Source of the DNA: Betaproteobacteria bacterium
GTDB taxonomy: Bacteria > Pseudomonadota > Gammaproteobacteria > Burkholderiales > Usitatibacteraceae
Direction of reading: 5' to 3'
Length of the DNA: 34,964 bases
Assembly: GCA_031370095.1 (NCBI GenBank)
Contig: JANMPY010000106.1
Coordinates: 1-34,964, forward strand
Part shown: piece by piece, positions 26,616 through 34,964 of the stretch
Numbering within the stretch: position 1 is the stretch's first letter
Layout of the letters: every line of letters starts with the position of its first letter
The notes under the pieces: model-generated
The model's database searches: none
Told to the model about the DNA's origin: nothing
What the model saw: only the letters and a program-made list of their open reading frames with translations
Translations under genes and position numbers: made by a program

Positions 26616-27638
26616 ATGAAACAAACTATTCTCATTACCGGCGGAGCCGGCTACATCGGTTCCCACACCCTGATTGAGTTTCTGCGCGCAGGGCATGAAT
26701 TGGTGGTCATCGACAACTTAAGCAATAGCAAGCAGGAAGCGTTGCGGCGGGTGGAGCGCATCAGTGGCAGGCAGGTGAAATTCTATCCAATGGATGTGCG
26801 GGATCGTGAGGGCTTGCAGGGGATTTTCCGCGACCGTGCCATTACGGCGGTGATTCATTTCGCGGGGCTCAAGGCCGTTGGCGAATCGGTGGAAAAGCCG
26901 CTCGAGTACTACGACAACAACGTCACCGGTAGTCTGGTGTTGCTCGACGTGATGGCCGCCGCAAAGGTCAGGACGATTGTATTTAGTTCATCAGCCACCG
27001 TGTACGGCGATCCTAAGTCGGTGCCGATTCGCGAGGATTTTCCGCTTTCAGCGACCAATCCCTACGGGCGCAGCAAGCTCATGGTTGAGGACATGCTGCG
27101 CGATCTATATCGCGCCGATGGTAGCTGGCGCATCGCGTTGCTGCGCTATTTCAACCCCGTGGGTGCCCACGCCAGCGGCCTGATCGGCGAAGATCCAAAT
27201 GGCATCCCCAACAATCTCATGCCGGTTGTCGCGCGTGTCGCCGTCGGCAGAATTCAGTCGCTCGCCGTTTACGGCAACGATTATCCGACGCCAGACGGCA
27301 CCGGTGTGCGCGACTATATTCACGTGGTCGATCTGGCGCTTGGTCACCTCAAAGCGCTCGACGCGTTGCAGCGGCGCGGCGGTTTGATGACGGTGAATCT
27401 TGGCACCGGCAACGGCTATTCGGTGCTTGACGTGGTGCGCGCTTTTGAATCCGCCAGTGGTCGTGCGGTGGCGTATCAGTTCGCGCCGCGCCGCAGTGGC
27501 GACATCGCCGCGTGCTACGCGGATCCGGCGCTGGCTCTCGAGTTGCTCGGCTGGCGCGCAGAACGCGGGCTCGACGAAATGTGCATTGATGCATGGCGCT
27601 GGCAAAGCGATAATCCGAAAGGCTTTGAGCCCGCGTGA
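26616..27638 (+). CDS. galE: UDP-glucose 4-epimerase
   Basis: [17 protein letters not shown] Rossmann start and a YGRSK catalytic motif ([11 protein letters not shown]). 340 aa. The ORF-track extension from 26427 is rejected. Confidence 0.92.
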   Translation: MKQTILITGGAGYIGSHTLIEFLRAGHELVVIDNLSNSKQEALRRVERISGRQVKFYPMDVRDREGLQGIFRDRAITAVIHFAGLKAVGESVEKPLEYYDNNVTGSLVLLDVMAAAKVRTIVFSSSATVYGDPKSVPIREDFPLSATNPYGRSKLMVEDMLRDLYRADGSWRIALLRYFNPVGAHASGLIGEDPNGIPNNLMPVVARVAVGRIQSLAVYGNDYPTPDGTGVRDYIHVVDLALGHLKALDALQRRGGLMTVNLGTGNGYSVLDVVRAFESASGRAVAYQFAPRRSGDIAACYADPALALELLGWRAERGLDEMCIDAWRWQSDNPKGFEPA

Positions 27639-27783
27639 AGAGCAGAGTTGAGCAACCGTAGTCAGTGCGTTGTTGCCGTGATCGAAGACTTCACCACCCG
27701 CTTTGTTTATAATTCACGCCTGATTTCACGGCGCGTCGAAACTCAGGAAGCATTTCCTTAACCCCATTTTTTCAGGATCTACC

Positions 27784-28998
27784 ATGGCCAAAATCAAAGT
27801 CAAAAACCCAGTTGTTGAAATGGATGGCGACGAGATGACACGCATCATCTGGCAGATGATTCGTGAAAAACTTATTCTTCCTTACCTCGACATCGATCTC
27901 AAATACTTTGATTTGGGGATGGAGCATCGTGACGCCACCGACGACAAGGTGACTGTCGATTCCGCGATGGCAACGCTCAAATATGGTGTCGCCGTGAAAT
28001 GCGCGACCATCACGCCGGACGAAGCGCGGGTCAAGGAATTCAACCTGAAGCAAATGTGGAAAAGTCCGAACGGCACCATCCGCAATATTCTCGATGGCAC
28101 GATTTTCCGTGAGCCGATCATCTGTAAAAACGTGCCGCGTTTGGTGAGCCACTGGGATAAGCCGGTAGTGGTTGCCCGCCACGGTTTCGGCGATCAATAC
28201 CGCGCCACCGATTTTCAATTTCCGGGTGCGGGCACATTGACGATGAAATTCGTACCGGTCGATGGCAGTGCGGCGATTGAAAAGGAAGTCTTCAAGGCGC
28301 CCGCCGCCGGTATTGCGCTGGCCATGTATAACCTCGACGAATCCATCCGTGGTTTTGCCCGTGCGTGTTTTAACTACGGTCTGGATCGCAAGTACGCGGT
28401 GTATCTCTCGACCAAAAACACCATCCTGAAAGTGTACGACGGTCGTTTCAAAAATCTCTTCCAGGAAATTTACGACGCCGAATTTGCGACCAAGTACGAT
28501 GCTGCCAAGTTGACGTACGAGCACCGCCTCATCGACGACATGGTCGCCTCGAATCTGAAATGGAGTGGCGGCTATTTGTGGGCCTGCAAAAATTACGATG
28601 GCGACGTGCAGTCCGACACCGTCGCGCAAGGCTACGGCTCGCTGGGCCTGATGACGTCGGTCTTGATGTCGCCGGACGGCAAAACTGTCGAGGCCGAGGC
28701 CGCGCACGGCACAGTGACGCGCCACTATCGCATGCACCAGCAGGGCAAGCCGACTTCAACCAATCCGATCGCATCGATCTACGCCTGGACACGCGGCCTG
28801 ATTTTTCGCGGCAAGATGGACGGCACGCCCGAGGTTGTCAAGTTTGCCGAGACGCTCGAAAAAATATGCGTCGATGTGGTTGAGTCCGGCAAGATGACCA
28901 AGGACTTGGCGATTTTGATTCGACCGGATCACCCGTACCTCACCACCGAAGAGTTTTTGGGCGCGGTAGATGCGGAACTGAAGCGTCAGATGCAATAG
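27784..28998 (+). CDS. icd: NADP-dependent isocitrate dehydrogenase (subfamily II, eukaryote-like homodimeric type)
   Basis: [24 protein letters not shown]...[16 protein letters not shown]...NYDGDVQSD...HGTVTRHY are hallmark IDH1/IDP-type motifs. 404 aa. Confidence 0.93.
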   Translation: MAKIKVKNPVVEMDGDEMTRIIWQMIREKLILPYLDIDLKYFDLGMEHRDATDDKVTVDSAMATLKYGVAVKCATITPDEARVKEFNLKQMWKSPNGTIRNILDGTIFREPIICKNVPRLVSHWDKPVVVARHGFGDQYRATDFQFPGAGTLTMKFVPVDGSAAIEKEVFKAPAAGIALAMYNLDESIRGFARACFNYGLDRKYAVYLSTKNTILKVYDGRFKNLFQEIYDAEFATKYDAAKLTYEHRLIDDMVASNLKWSGGYLWACKNYDGDVQSDTVAQGYGSLGLMTSVLMSPDGKTVEAEAAHGTVTRHYRMHQQGKPTSTNPIASIYAWTRGLIFRGKMDGTPEVVKFAETLEKICVDVVESGKMTKDLAILIRPDHPYLTTEEFLGAVDAELKRQMQ

Positions 28999-29013
28999 CC
29001 GCATATGGTGATC

Positions 29014-29080
29014 AAACTCTAGCATTGGCGCGGCTTCTGGCACGAAAGTTCCCCAAGAGCCGCGCCAGTGCTAGAGTTTT
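29014..29080. terminator. Long inverted repeat / bidirectional terminator between convergent icd and crp-family genes
   Basis: AAACTCTAGCAtTGGCGCGGCT ... AGCCGCGCCAgTGCTAGAGTTT. The arms are about 22 nt with one mismatch and the loop is about 22 nt. It is flanked by a T-run (TTTTTCT) on the plus strand. Confidence 0.7.
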
Positions 29081-29085
29081 TCTGA

Positions 29086-29730
29086 CTAGTAGTGTATCGG
29101 CAGGTTGTCGTTAAGGATCGTGATCGACTTCCGCTGGATGTCGATGTAGCCTTGTTCCATCAGATCGTGAAGTGTGCGGTTCACCATCTCCCTTGATGCA
29201 CCCACCATGCCGGCCAGATCTTTCTGGGTGAACGGTTCGCCGAAAACTTTTTTGCCGTTGGACATGATGGCGAGTTCCAGCAGGGTTCGCGACACGCGCG
29301 ACGAAATATCCATCAGCGCAAGCGCGCTGATTTTTCGATCCGCATCGCGCAGGCGTTTGGCCAGGGTTTCCAGCACCCGCTTGGCGATATCGGCCGAGCC
29401 CTCGATAGCGCGCTGAAACGACGCGTACGAAAGCGCCTGTAATTGGCAGCGCTCAATTGCGGCGACGCTCGCGCTGCGCGGCTCCTGATCGAACATCGGT
29501 AACTCGCCAAAAAAATCGCCAGCAACGAGCGTCTTGAGAATGGTTTCACGGCCACCCTCGGTCATGTACACCTTTACCTTGCCGGACACGATGACGAAAA
29601 ATGAATCCGCCAACTCGCCCTGTCGCAGAATCACCTCACCCTTCTCGCACACCCGCTCGACCGCATGAGCGCTGATGCTGGCGAGCTGTTTTTTCGACAG
29701 GGAGCTGAACAGCGGGATTGCGTCAAGCAT
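29086..29730 (-). CDS. Crp/Fnr-family transcriptional regulator (cNMP-binding + HTH)
   Basis: 214 aa. cNMP-binding-like FFGELPMFDQEPRSASVAA and the C-terminal HTH FTQKDLAGMVGASREMVNRTLHDL. Confidence 0.88.
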   Translation of the reverse strand: MLDAIPLFSSLSKKQLASISAHAVERVCEKGEVILRQGELADSFFVIVSGKVKVYMTEGGRETILKTLVAGDFFGELPMFDQEPRSASVAAIERCQLQALSYASFQRAIEGSADIAKRVLETLAKRLRDADRKISALALMDISSRVSRTLLELAIMSNGKKVFGEPFTQKDLAGMVGASREMVNRTLHDLMEQGYIDIQRKSITILNDNLPIHY

Positions 29731-30367
29731 GCTGCGCCATCCATCGCCCGATGATGCGTTTCAGGATATGCAGGCGCTGATGAAAAAAATGATCGGCTTC
29801 CGGCACCACCACCACAGCAATGTCGCGTGACCTTGCCCAATTGAGTGAATCGATCAGCGGCACCGTCTCGTCTTTTTCGCCGTGAATCAGCAGCGTTGAT
29901 TCTGGTGCCACGCCGCCGCTCTTGACGTTTTGCCAATGCGACATGCGCGAGAATCCGGGTGCGACCAAAATCATTTCCTCGCAGCGTAACTGCTCGCTCG
30001 CGGCCAGCGTTACCGCCGCGCCGAACGAGAACCCTGATAGCCACAACGGCAAGCCCGGATGCGCGGCGCTGGCATGCGCGACCACCGTCAGCAAATCGAC
30101 CGTTTCGCCGCGCCCGTCGTCGTGGTCACCTTGGCTTTTTCCCACGCCGCGAAAATTGAACCGGTAGCTTGCAGCACCTGCATCGAACATTGCGCGCGCC
30201 AGCGTTGTTGCGACCTTGTTGTCCATGCTGCCGCCAAATAGTGGATGCGGGTGTGCAACGACGGCGATGGCAATGGGCGCTTCTGCGTCGCTGACGTGCG
30301 CCGCAACCTCGATTGCGCCTGCGGCACCTTCAATCAAACTTCTGGCGACGGGGAATGGACTCGCCAT
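29723..30367 (-). CDS. Alpha/beta hydrolase (small COG2945-like family)
   Basis: 214 aa. HPHPLFGGSMDNKV, nucleophile elbow LSGFSFGA (G-x-S-x-G), and later LIHGEKDETVP and ADHFF (Asp/His). Overlaps the crp-family start by 8 nt. Confidence 0.8.
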   Translation of the reverse strand: MASPFPVARSLIEGAAGAIEVAAHVSDAEAPIAIAVVAHPHPLFGGSMDNKVATTLARAMFDAGAASYRFNFRGVGKSQGDHDDGRGETVDLLTVVAHASAAHPGLPLWLSGFSFGAAVTLAASEQLRCEEMILVAPGFSRMSHWQNVKSGGVAPESTLLIHGEKDETVPLIDSLNWARSRDIAVVVVPEADHFFHQRLHILKRIIGRWMAQHA

Positions 30368-30371
30368 GAAA

Positions 30372-30680
30372 TTAAATTTTCAGCCGCTCAACCACGCGGC
30401 CATGCTGAATGTGTTCGGAAATGATCTCATCGATGTCGTTTTTATCAATATAGGTGTACCAGACATTGTCGGGATAGACGACCATCACCGGGCCCTCCGA
30501 GCAGCGGTCCAAGCAGCCGGCGAGGTTGATACGCACCTTACCCTCGCCGTTCAGGTTAAGTTTTTTGATGCGCGCTTTCGCGTAGTCACGAATGCCTTCC
30601 GCGTCATGCTGGTTGCAGCACTCGCGGCCATCGTCACGCTGATTGACACAGAAAAAAACGTGATGTTTGTAGTAGCTCAT
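30372..30680 (-). CDS. Thioredoxin-like [2Fe-2S] ferredoxin
   Basis: MSYYKHHVFFCVNQRDDGRECC...LAGCLDRCSEGPVMVVYP, a Cys pattern typical of this family. 102 aa. Start reset from 30839 to the ATG at 30680. Confidence 0.8.
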   Translation of the reverse strand: MSYYKHHVFFCVNQRDDGRECCNQHDAEGIRDYAKARIKKLNLNGEGKVRINLAGCLDRCSEGPVMVVYPDNVWYTYIDKNDIDEIISEHIQHGRVVERLKI

Positions 30681-30718
30681 GGTGATATTTTTGAAGGAAG
30701 GTAAAAGTTTAGTGCGGT

Positions 30719-31831
30719 TCAATGCGGCTCGCGATGGGTCACGAACAGCCACGCAAGAAAAATAACGGTGACCAGCGGCCACGTCTCGTGCATCCACCGC
30801 GTCAAGCTCGCAAAATTGACGAGCTGACCGTGCGGCCAATTGAACAAGCGCAGCGTTTCATCAAAAGCGCCGTAGATGCTGGTGATTTTCGCCATCAGGC
30901 CGCCCGCAAAAACAAATAGCGTGGCACAGAATGCGCGCCAACGGAAACTAAAGCGTGAGAAATATGCCGCCAGAATCAATCCCGAGGTTAGCCCGATCAC
31001 GGTCGCGGGGGCCATCCAGTCGATCATTTGTGGCGCTTTCAACATCAGTGCCGCCATCGCCACCTTGATCACGAAACCGGCCGCGAGCAGCAACATCACG
31101 TTGAGCATCACTCCACGGTTCGGTCGCATCAACAACGCCACAAACAGCGCGAATCCGCACACGTTGAGCGTGATACCGATCGCCTGCGGCAGTAACACCA
31201 ATGGGTTGTAAGGATGCGCATTCGCCGTGTCGAACGGATTCGCGATGTGGCCGGCCTCGAAAAACGGAATCGCCGGATTGATCTGCGCAAATATCCAGCA
31301 GCCAAGCAAAATTAGGCCCCAGCCGGTCTCAAAGGAGGATGAAAAATATCGATGCCGCCAATTCCGCCACGCGCCGATGAGGAGGCGGCCCGGTGTCGCC
31401 AGAACCAGTGCTGCGCCTACCGCCGCGCCGACCGTGTTCGCCGACAAATCTACAAACGAAGACACCCGCCCCGGCAGAAATGACTGTAAAAATTCAAAGC
31501 CAAACGAAAGCGCAGCACTTGCCGCGACCGCGAGTGCGCAGATTTGCGCGCGGTGCGTAATCCTTACCGTCGCGATGTGCCGGCGATCCCGCAACAAAGC
31601 GGCGAGCATCGCGCCCAGCGGCGCGTATGCGGCAATATTGAGCATGACATCGAACGCAATCACGTACTTCGGCCAAACGAAGAACGTAAACACCTCCGGC
31701 CAGCGCCAGCCAAAAAAAGGATTCAGGCTTGCGTAAGCGAGCATCAGCGAGTACGCCAGCAGCGCGCCACGGTCGGCGCGAATGATGCGCGTGCGCGTGG
31801 CGCTTAACGACGGGTCCGGGCTTGTAGGCAC
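30719..31831 (-). CDS. VanZ-like family integral membrane protein with extended C-terminal TM region
   Basis: VanZ-type motif FGFEFLQSFLPGRVSSFVDLSANTVGAAVGA, polytopic throughout. The first codon is GTG, so the start is uncertain (ATG alternative at 31744). Confidence 0.7.
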   Translation of the reverse strand: MPTSPDPSLSATRTRIIRADRGALLAYSLMLAYASLNPFFGWRWPEVFTFFVWPKYVIAFDVMLNIAAYAPLGAMLAALLRDRRHIATVRITHRAQICALAVAASAALSFGFEFLQSFLPGRVSSFVDLSANTVGAAVGAALVLATPGRLLIGAWRNWRHRYFSSSFETGWGLILLGCWIFAQINPAIPFFEAGHIANPFDTANAHPYNPLVLLPQAIGITLNVCGFALFVALLMRPNRGVMLNVMLLLAAGFVIKVAMAALMLKAPQMIDWMAPATVIGLTSGLILAAYFSRFSFRWRAFCATLFVFAGGLMAKITSIYGAFDETLRLFNWPHGQLVNFASLTRWMHETWPLVTVIFLAWLFVTHREPH

Positions 31832-31869
31832 AATGACGACATGCAGAAATAATTGCAGGAAAATGTGGG

Positions 31870-32391
31870 TCAGGTAATCTGCACGAGTTCACTCGCATAG
31901 CGCGCCGCGTTGTCCACGTAGTGCTGCGCGATCCAGCGCACGTGGATGACTTCATCAAAGCTTAGCTGCCGCACCACGCGCCCCGGTGAGCCTACCACCA
32001 GCGAACGATCCGGAATCACTTTGCCTTCCGGGATCAGCGCGTTGGCTCCGATCAGGCAATCACGACCGATCACAGCGCGATTTAGTACCACCGCCTTGAT
32101 GCCGATGAGTGAGCCCTCCTTGACGGTGCAGCCGTGCAACATCACCATATGGCCCACACTCACGCCCTTTTCCAGCGTGAGCGCAACGCCTTCATCTGTG
32201 TGCAGCACCGAGCCATCCTGTATGTTGACGTTTTCGCCGATGGTGATGGTGTCGTTGTCACCGCGAATCACCACGTTGAACCACACGTTGGCATTTTTGC
32301 CAAGTACCACATCGCCGATGACGGAGGCGTTGGGAGCGATGTAGTTGTTGCCGTGAAGGATTGGTTTTTTGTCGCCGAGGGCATAGATCAT
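31870..32391 (-). CDS. Gamma-carbonic-anhydrase-like / hexapeptide-repeat protein (YrdA/PaaY family)
   Basis: MIYALGDKKPILHGNNYIAPNASVIGDVVLGKNANVWFNVVIRGD... left-handed beta-helix repeats, with His residues in LHTD/HMVMLHGC. Start reset to the ATG at 32391. Confidence 0.85.
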   Translation of the reverse strand: MIYALGDKKPILHGNNYIAPNASVIGDVVLGKNANVWFNVVIRGDNDTITIGENVNIQDGSVLHTDEGVALTLEKGVSVGHMVMLHGCTVKEGSLIGIKAVVLNRAVIGRDCLIGANALIPEGKVIPDRSLVVGSPGRVVRQLSFDEVIHVRWIAQHYVDNAARYASELVQIT

Positions 32392-32700
32392 TTTTTGCTC
32401 ACTTGATTTTGCGTTTGAGGCATATCGATTTTTTCGCGGTGCAGGGCGGGCGCGCTCCACTTCACCAGCTTAAGCGGTCCAATGGAATGATTGTAGCCAA
32501 TTCATGCGCGACGGCGAATGCACGAGAGTCGCGTGCAGGTGCAGGCAAAACGAAACACCGCTACCAGCTTGCCGCCTGGCGTGAAAATGGCTGGAAAGCC
32601 CCGCCGATGCTGGACTTTGACATAACCCGTATTGGCGCAGCGTAGTTCGCGATCGGTGATTCAGCATCGCGCGATGCCGAGAGCTACAGGCGCCCGTTGC

Positions 32701-33474
32701 TTACATCTGCTTAAACAAATGCGAAAACGGTCGACTCACGGTGAGATTTTCCTTCCGACCTTTAACTTTCACGGTCGCCTGCCCGCGAAAGTCGCGCGAC
32801 ACTGCTTCAATGGCCGTCGCATTGACGATGGTTGAGCGGTGAATTTGCCAGAATTTTTCGGTGTCGATACCGTCGAGAATTTCCTTGATCGGCGTTTTGA
32901 TCAAGGCATCGAATTCCCTGGTGGCGACCAGTGTATATTTTTCATCAGACTGAAAAAACAGCACGTCCTCAATCGGAATCAAGCGCAGGTTCGAGCCGAT
33001 GTTGGCTTTGATCCATTTCAGTTTTTCATTCTGCGGATTCAGCTTGGCCGAAAGATGAGCGAGCAGCGCTTCCAAATTTTGCGGCGGCGGCGCGGGCACG
33101 ATGGATAAGCGTTCTTTGAGCCGGTCGACCGCCGCTTTGAGGCGTTCGTCGCTATAGGGTTTCAACACATAGTCGATGGCACCGGTTTCGAATGCTTCGA
33201 CTGCGTATTGGTCAAAAGCGGTGACGAACACCACGTGGCATCGCAGTGCGCGATTGGCGCTAAGACTTTTCGCCACTTCCACGCCGGTCATTTCCGGCAT
33301 CTGGATATCGAGAAATGCCAGCTGCGGTTGATGTTCGCCAATCGCTTCCAGCGCAGCTTCACCGTCACCTACATCAGCGACAACGTTGAGTTCCGGCCAC
33401 AGTTTGGCGAGCTTGGATTTTAGTTGCGCGCGGAGGATGGGTTCATCCTCGGCGATGATCGCGGTAATCGTCAT
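32701..33474 (-). CDS. LytR/AlgR-family response regulator (REC + LytTR DNA-binding domain)
   Basis: MTITAIIAEDEP...LAFLDIQMPEMTG (REC) and a C-terminal LytTR-like region (LIPIEDVLFFQSDEKYTLV...IHRSTIVN). The track start at 33510 is a GTG; the ATG at 33474 is preferred. Confidence 0.88.
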   Translation of the reverse strand: MTITAIIAEDEPILRAQLKSKLAKLWPELNVVADVGDGEAALEAIGEHQPQLAFLDIQMPEMTGVEVAKSLSANRALRCHVVFVTAFDQYAVEAFETGAIDYVLKPYSDERLKAAVDRLKERLSIVPAPPPQNLEALLAHLSAKLNPQNEKLKWIKANIGSNLRLIPIEDVLFFQSDEKYTLVATREFDALIKTPIKEILDGIDTEKFWQIHRSTIVNATAIEAVSRDFRGQATVKVKGRKENLTVSRPFSHLFKQM

Positions 33475-33628
33475 GGTTGTTTTTTCTGCATCGTTAGCTT
33501 CGTTAGTCACTCCCGCGCCGCCTGCATGCGGCTTGGGCGCTCACCGGCGCGTCCCACGGGACGCGAATTCCCGGTTCACGTATCCTCGGCGATGATCGCG
33601 GTAATCGTCATGATTGTTTTTTCTGCAT
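33445..33628 (-). repeat. 47-bp direct repeat (33445-33491 and 33582-33628, 1 mismatch) flanking a 90-nt GC-rich hairpin-rich insert
   Basis: atcctcggcgatgatcgcggtaatcgtcatgGttgttttttctgcat versus the same with A at the variable position. Both copies are preceded by ggttca. The repeat contains the regulator's RBS region, ATG and first 10 codons. Confidence 0.9.
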
Positions 33629-33653
33629 GGATAGATTCATTATTATGCCGTCA

Positions 33654-34910
33654 CTATTTTCCCGTCACATCGGTGACGCCAGTCTTTGCGCGTTTGCGCC
33701 ACCAGAACCAGTAGAACGCAAACCCGACCACCGCAAACGGTGCCAGCGCCGGCACCAACGAAATCAAAATGACAACCGGAATAAAAATCAGTAAACCTGC
33801 AAACAGGAAACCCAAACCATAGATCACCGCGACAACAATCGCTATCGCCAGTGCGGCCACGCCAAAGCCGATCAACAAGCCCACCGAGCCCAGCGCCATG
33901 CCTTCCAAACTGCCGAGCTGCGATTTCCCCATATGCACCGGGAGCCAGCCCGTATAGAGCGCGATCAGGCCGACCACCAGCAATACCGCGAGCACGGCAA
34001 TCAAGCTGACAAAGATGGTCGAGAGAATTCTGGTCCACACGCTATGCGTTTTGGTCGCAGCACCCCAGGCACGACGCCAGCCGGTCTTCGGCGGCTGCGC
34101 CATGAAATTGGCGCGCGTGCCCACGCTGGGCGACGCAGCTTGTTGTGCTGCCAGCGTGGCCGGAAGCTCGATCATCGCGACCACACCTTTTGGCACATTG
34201 GATTCGATGGTGAACTTCGCTTTCTCTCCATACAGCGCATTCAGGCGCTCACGCAAATTGGTCAGGCCCACGCCACCGCCCGCCTGAATCGGCGCGTCGG
34301 TCAGGCCTTTGCCGGTGTCCTTCACTTGCAAACGGATTCGATCACCGTCGGCCGTGAATATACGCGTGACAACGACATCAATGCGGCCACCTTCGCGTTG
34401 CGGTTCCAGCCCGTGCTTGATGGCGTTTTCGACCAGCGAGGGCAACATCATCGGCGGGAAGGGCGCTATCAGTAAATCGTCAGGCACGTCGATGCCAAAT
34501 TCCAGCCGCGCGCCCATGCGCATTTTCAAAATATTCAGATACGCGCGGACGCGCTCGATTTCCTGGCCGACCGTGGACGAGGTCTCGCGCATTTTCGGCA
34601 GCGATGCACGCAAATACTGAATAAGGTGGCCAACCATTTGATTGGCAGCCGGCGGATCGACTTCGGTCAGCGCTTGCACATTGGCGAGGGTGTTGTACAA
34701 AAAATGCGGCTCCACTTGGGCTTGCAACGCTTGCAGGCGTGCCTCGGTCACCTGCCGGTTCACGTTGCTGATTTCGGCTTCCTGAGTCTTCTTGTCGGCA
34801 AACGCCAGCGCGCGACGTGAACGACCGATGTAGACCTTGGCGATGATCAACATGATGAATAGCGGGATGAAGGCAAGGATGAGTGCCGAGCCGACACCAA
34901 TACGCCACAT
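33654..34910 (-). CDS. LytS/YehU-type sensor histidine kinase with an unusual C-terminal multi-TM region; 5' end may extend beyond the window
   Basis: His_kinase-type H-box QVEPHFLYNTLANV and HATPase_c motifs (LVENAIKHG, DTGKG, GGVGLTNLRERL), followed by a ~140-aa C-terminal hydrophobic region. The frame stays open from the ATG at 34910 to the window end at 34964. Confidence 0.8.
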   Translation of the reverse strand: MWRIGVGSALILAFIPLFIMLIIAKVYIGRSRRALAFADKKTQEAEISNVNRQVTEARLQALQAQVEPHFLYNTLANVQALTEVDPPAANQMVGHLIQYLRASLPKMRETSSTVGQEIERVRAYLNILKMRMGARLEFGIDVPDDLLIAPFPPMMLPSLVENAIKHGLEPQREGGRIDVVVTRIFTADGDRIRLQVKDTGKGLTDAPIQAGGGVGLTNLRERLNALYGEKAKFTIESNVPKGVVAMIELPATLAAQQAASPSVGTRANFMAQPPKTGWRRAWGAATKTHSVWTRILSTIFVSLIAVLAVLLVVGLIALYTGWLPVHMGKSQLGSLEGMALGSVGLLIGFGVAALAIAIVVAVIYGLGFLFAGLLIFIPVVILISLVPALAPFAVVGFAFYWFWWRKRAKTGVTDVTGK

Positions 34911-34964
34911 GTCGCCCGCTACTTTCGCGTGAATGTCGGCGCGGGTTTCGGGTGCGAGCGGCGC

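Noticed and set aside
27772-28737. 321-aa ORF antisense to icd, and similar long antisense or shadow ORFs (for example 17049-17798, 4930-5574, 7605-8225, 23590-24231, 25662-26204, 13006-13431, 30216-30704, 33933-34475).
   Set aside because: Each lies entirely inside a gene with unambiguous family motifs on the opposite strand. Their translations are Arg/His/Gly/Pro-rich with no recognisable motifs, which is typical of shadow frames in GC-rich coding DNA.
1-34964. Checked for CRISPR arrays, tRNA/rRNA genes and integrase or phage genes.
   Set aside because: There are no regularly spaced direct repeats, no cloverleaf-compatible or rRNA-like segments in the intergenic regions, and no ORF with recombinase or transposase motifs. 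The only repeats found are the 47-bp pair at 33445-33628 and the 21-bp tandem at 20361-20402.

Overview
About 1-26.3 kb of this window is an exosortase A (XrtA)/PEP-CTERM exopolysaccharide locus of the proteobacterial type. On the minus strand it carries a partial NodB-type deacetylase, a GT4 glycosyltransferase and the prsT-prsR-prsK regulatory trio (TPR lipoprotein, sigma-54 activator, histidine kinase). These are followed by a single-ORF XrtA-EpsI fusion and two monocistronic PEP-CTERM substrate genes, each with a readable sigma-54 (-24/-12) promoter. A plus-strand five-gene operon (13153-20178) encodes an AsnB-type amidotransferase, an AMP-forming ligase, an ACP, a NadE-like PP-loop enzyme and a HemK/PrmC-type methyltransferase fused to a FemAB-like double-GNAT region. 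It converges on the minus-strand export operon (Wza-like export protein, chain-length determinant, tyrosine-autokinase-like ATPase, beta-barrel OMP, ExeA-like ATPase). The remaining ~8.7 kb is mostly housekeeping: galE, a eukaryote-type NADP isocitrate dehydrogenase, a ferredoxin/hydrolase/Crp-Fnr operon, a VanZ-like protein and a gamma-carbonic-anhydrase-like protein. It ends with a LytTR response regulator and a LytS-type kinase. I saw no rRNA, tRNA, CRISPR array or recognisable IS element. The most interesting items are: (1) the non-canonical modification operon and its methyltransferase-GNAT fusion, (2) a thioester-domain-like Cys...Q-x-A-I-W motif pair in one PEP-CTERM protein, (3) the sigma-54 promoters linking both substrate genes to PrsR, and (4) a 47-bp duplication of the LytTR regulator's translation start flanking a GC-rich hairpin insert. 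All family assignments come from reading motifs in the translations; no database search was run.
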